A DNA stretch of 18,256 bases from an uncultured Deinococcales bacterium (lineage in GTDB: Bacteria > Deinococcota > Deinococci > Deinococcales > JAAFIG01), in the NCBI GenBank assembly GCA_964244895.1, contig CAXTKV010000102.1, forward strand, positions 1 to 18,256. Reading direction: 5' to 3'. Positions 17,391 through 18,256 of the stretch are shown here, in pieces. Made by a program: the position numbers and the translations under genes. Position 1 is the stretch's first letter. Each line of letters begins with the position of its first letter. The notes under the pieces are model-generated. The model saw nothing but the letters and a program-made list of their open reading frames with translations, did not search any database and had not been told where the DNA came from.

Positions 17391-17816
17391 ATGGACTCGT
17401 ACATCACCTACTTGCAGTCACTGCGCCCAGACCAGTTGAAACAAATCAGGGCGGCCTGGCGCGTTGGTGCTCGTCGAATCGAGGAGGCGCACCCCGCCAT
17501 CGCTGGCTGGACGAGGCATCGACCGTTGCCGCACCTCATCGCGGCGGGTGTCTTTTCGAGCCATCCCCGAATCGGCATGACGCCCCTCGTGGTGGCGGTG
17601 CGGGATCGTGTTCGCGAAAAAGCGCTTCATCACGCGCTCGAGGGAAGCCTCGCTCACCTCGAGGACGTTCTCCGGGAGTGGGTCAGGTTTGTGCCCGACC
17701 AAACAGCGTTGGATTGCGATCGCTTATTTCGAGATCTCTGCGGTTGGGATCACCCAAAACGACCAGTTCAGGACCGCTGGCGGCGCGAATTCTATGGGAG
17801 GACGCATGAAAATTGA
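17391..17816 (+). CDS. cas11: Type I-E small subunit Cas11 (Cse2/CasB)
   Basis: C-terminus LDCDRLFRDLCGWDHPKRPVQDRWRREFY is the Cse2 signature; lies between cas8e and cas7. Confidence 0.85.
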   Translation: MDSYITYLQSLRPDQLKQIRAAWRVGARRIEEAHPAIAGWTRHRPLPHLIAAGVFSSHPRIGMTPLVVAVRDRVREKALHHALEGSLAHLEDVLREWVRFVPDQTALDCDRLFRDLCGWDHPKRPVQDRWRREFYGRTHEN

Positions 17817-18256
17817 GATTCATATCATCCACTCCGTACCGACCTCGAGACTCAACACGGATCGTAACGGGCGCCCCAAAACCATCATTTACGGCGGCTA
17901 CAAACGCGCGCGAATCTCGAGCCAGGCGCAGAAGCGGGCAGCTCGAATGTTCACGGACGAACACGGTTTGATCGACGCGTCGCAGCAGGCGTATAGATCT
18001 CGGTTGATCCCGCAGAAGGCCATCGAGGCGCTCCGAGACAACGACACCGACGAAACAACAGCCACCCTGTTGGTCACGAGGGCTTTCGCGGCGCTTGGGA
18101 TGAAACTCAACGACAACGGGCAGAACGAGTACATGCTGTTTCACAGTCACCGCGAACTCCATGGCTTCGTTGCAGCGATCCGCGAGCATCGAAAAATACT
18201 GCTCAAAACCCGCACCGAAGCGGGCGGCGATAAAAAAGTGCAGCAGCAGAAGTTTC
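17806..18256 (+). CDS. cas7: Type I-E backbone Cas7 (Cse4/CasC), 5' part, runs off window
   Basis: Not in the ORF track. Translated by hand from ATG 17806 (GGAGG RBS): MKIEIHIIHSVPTSRLNTDRNGRPKTIIYGGYKRARISSQAQKRAAR, open to the window end. Confidence 0.93.
   Translation, partial: MKIEIHIIHSVPTSRLNTDRNGRPKTIIYGGYKRARISSQAQKRAARMFTDEHGLIDASQQAYRSRLIPQKAIEALRDNDTDETTATLLVTRAFAALGMKLNDNGQNEYMLFHSHRELHGFVAAIREHRKILLKTRTEAGGDKKVQQQKF

Larger units (their letters stand above)
9889..18256 (+). mobile_element. Tn7-like CRISPR-associated transposon carrying type I-E Cascade (continues beyond window)
   Basis: Begins TGT at 9889 inside comEA. tnsA-tnsB-tnsC-tniQ is directly followed by cas6e-array-cas8e-cas11-cas7, all co-oriented. 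The region has lower GC and lacks the host REP-like repeats. Confidence 0.88.

Noticed and set aside
15256..18256. Ordinary defensive type I-E CRISPR-Cas system
   Set aside because: No cas3, cas1 or cas2 in view, a leaderless mini-array, and a self-matching spacer with a correct PAM beside the transposon end. Cannot be fully excluded until the downstream sequence is seen.

Overview
GC-rich bacterial chromosome, most likely Deinococcota (inferred from a double-OB-fold SSB, leaderless-type promoters and an RDRM-like box). Bases 1-9888 are host genes: an SRPBCC protein, bioY, a SIS-domain sugar-phosphate enzyme, a VOC/PhnB protein, a stand-alone ssb, tRNA-Thr(CGT), a DAG-kinase-family protein, a GAF/HD-GYP gene interrupted by one TAG, and the 5' part of comEA. 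At 9889 comEA is cut by a Tn7-like element that starts TGT and runs past the window end: tnsA (frameshifted at a T7 run), tnsB, tnsC, tniQ, cas6e, a 4-repeat/3-spacer type I-E array, cas8e, cas11 (cse2) and cas7. No cas3, cas1 or cas2 is visible in the window. The last spacer matches comEA at 9804-9835 (26/32) next to a 5'-AAG PAM, 53 bp before the transposon end. The sequence therefore looks like a type I-E CRISPR-associated transposon (CAST) sitting at its own RNA-guided homing site in a competence gene. The far end of the element is not visible, and all family calls are from motif recognition rather than database searches.
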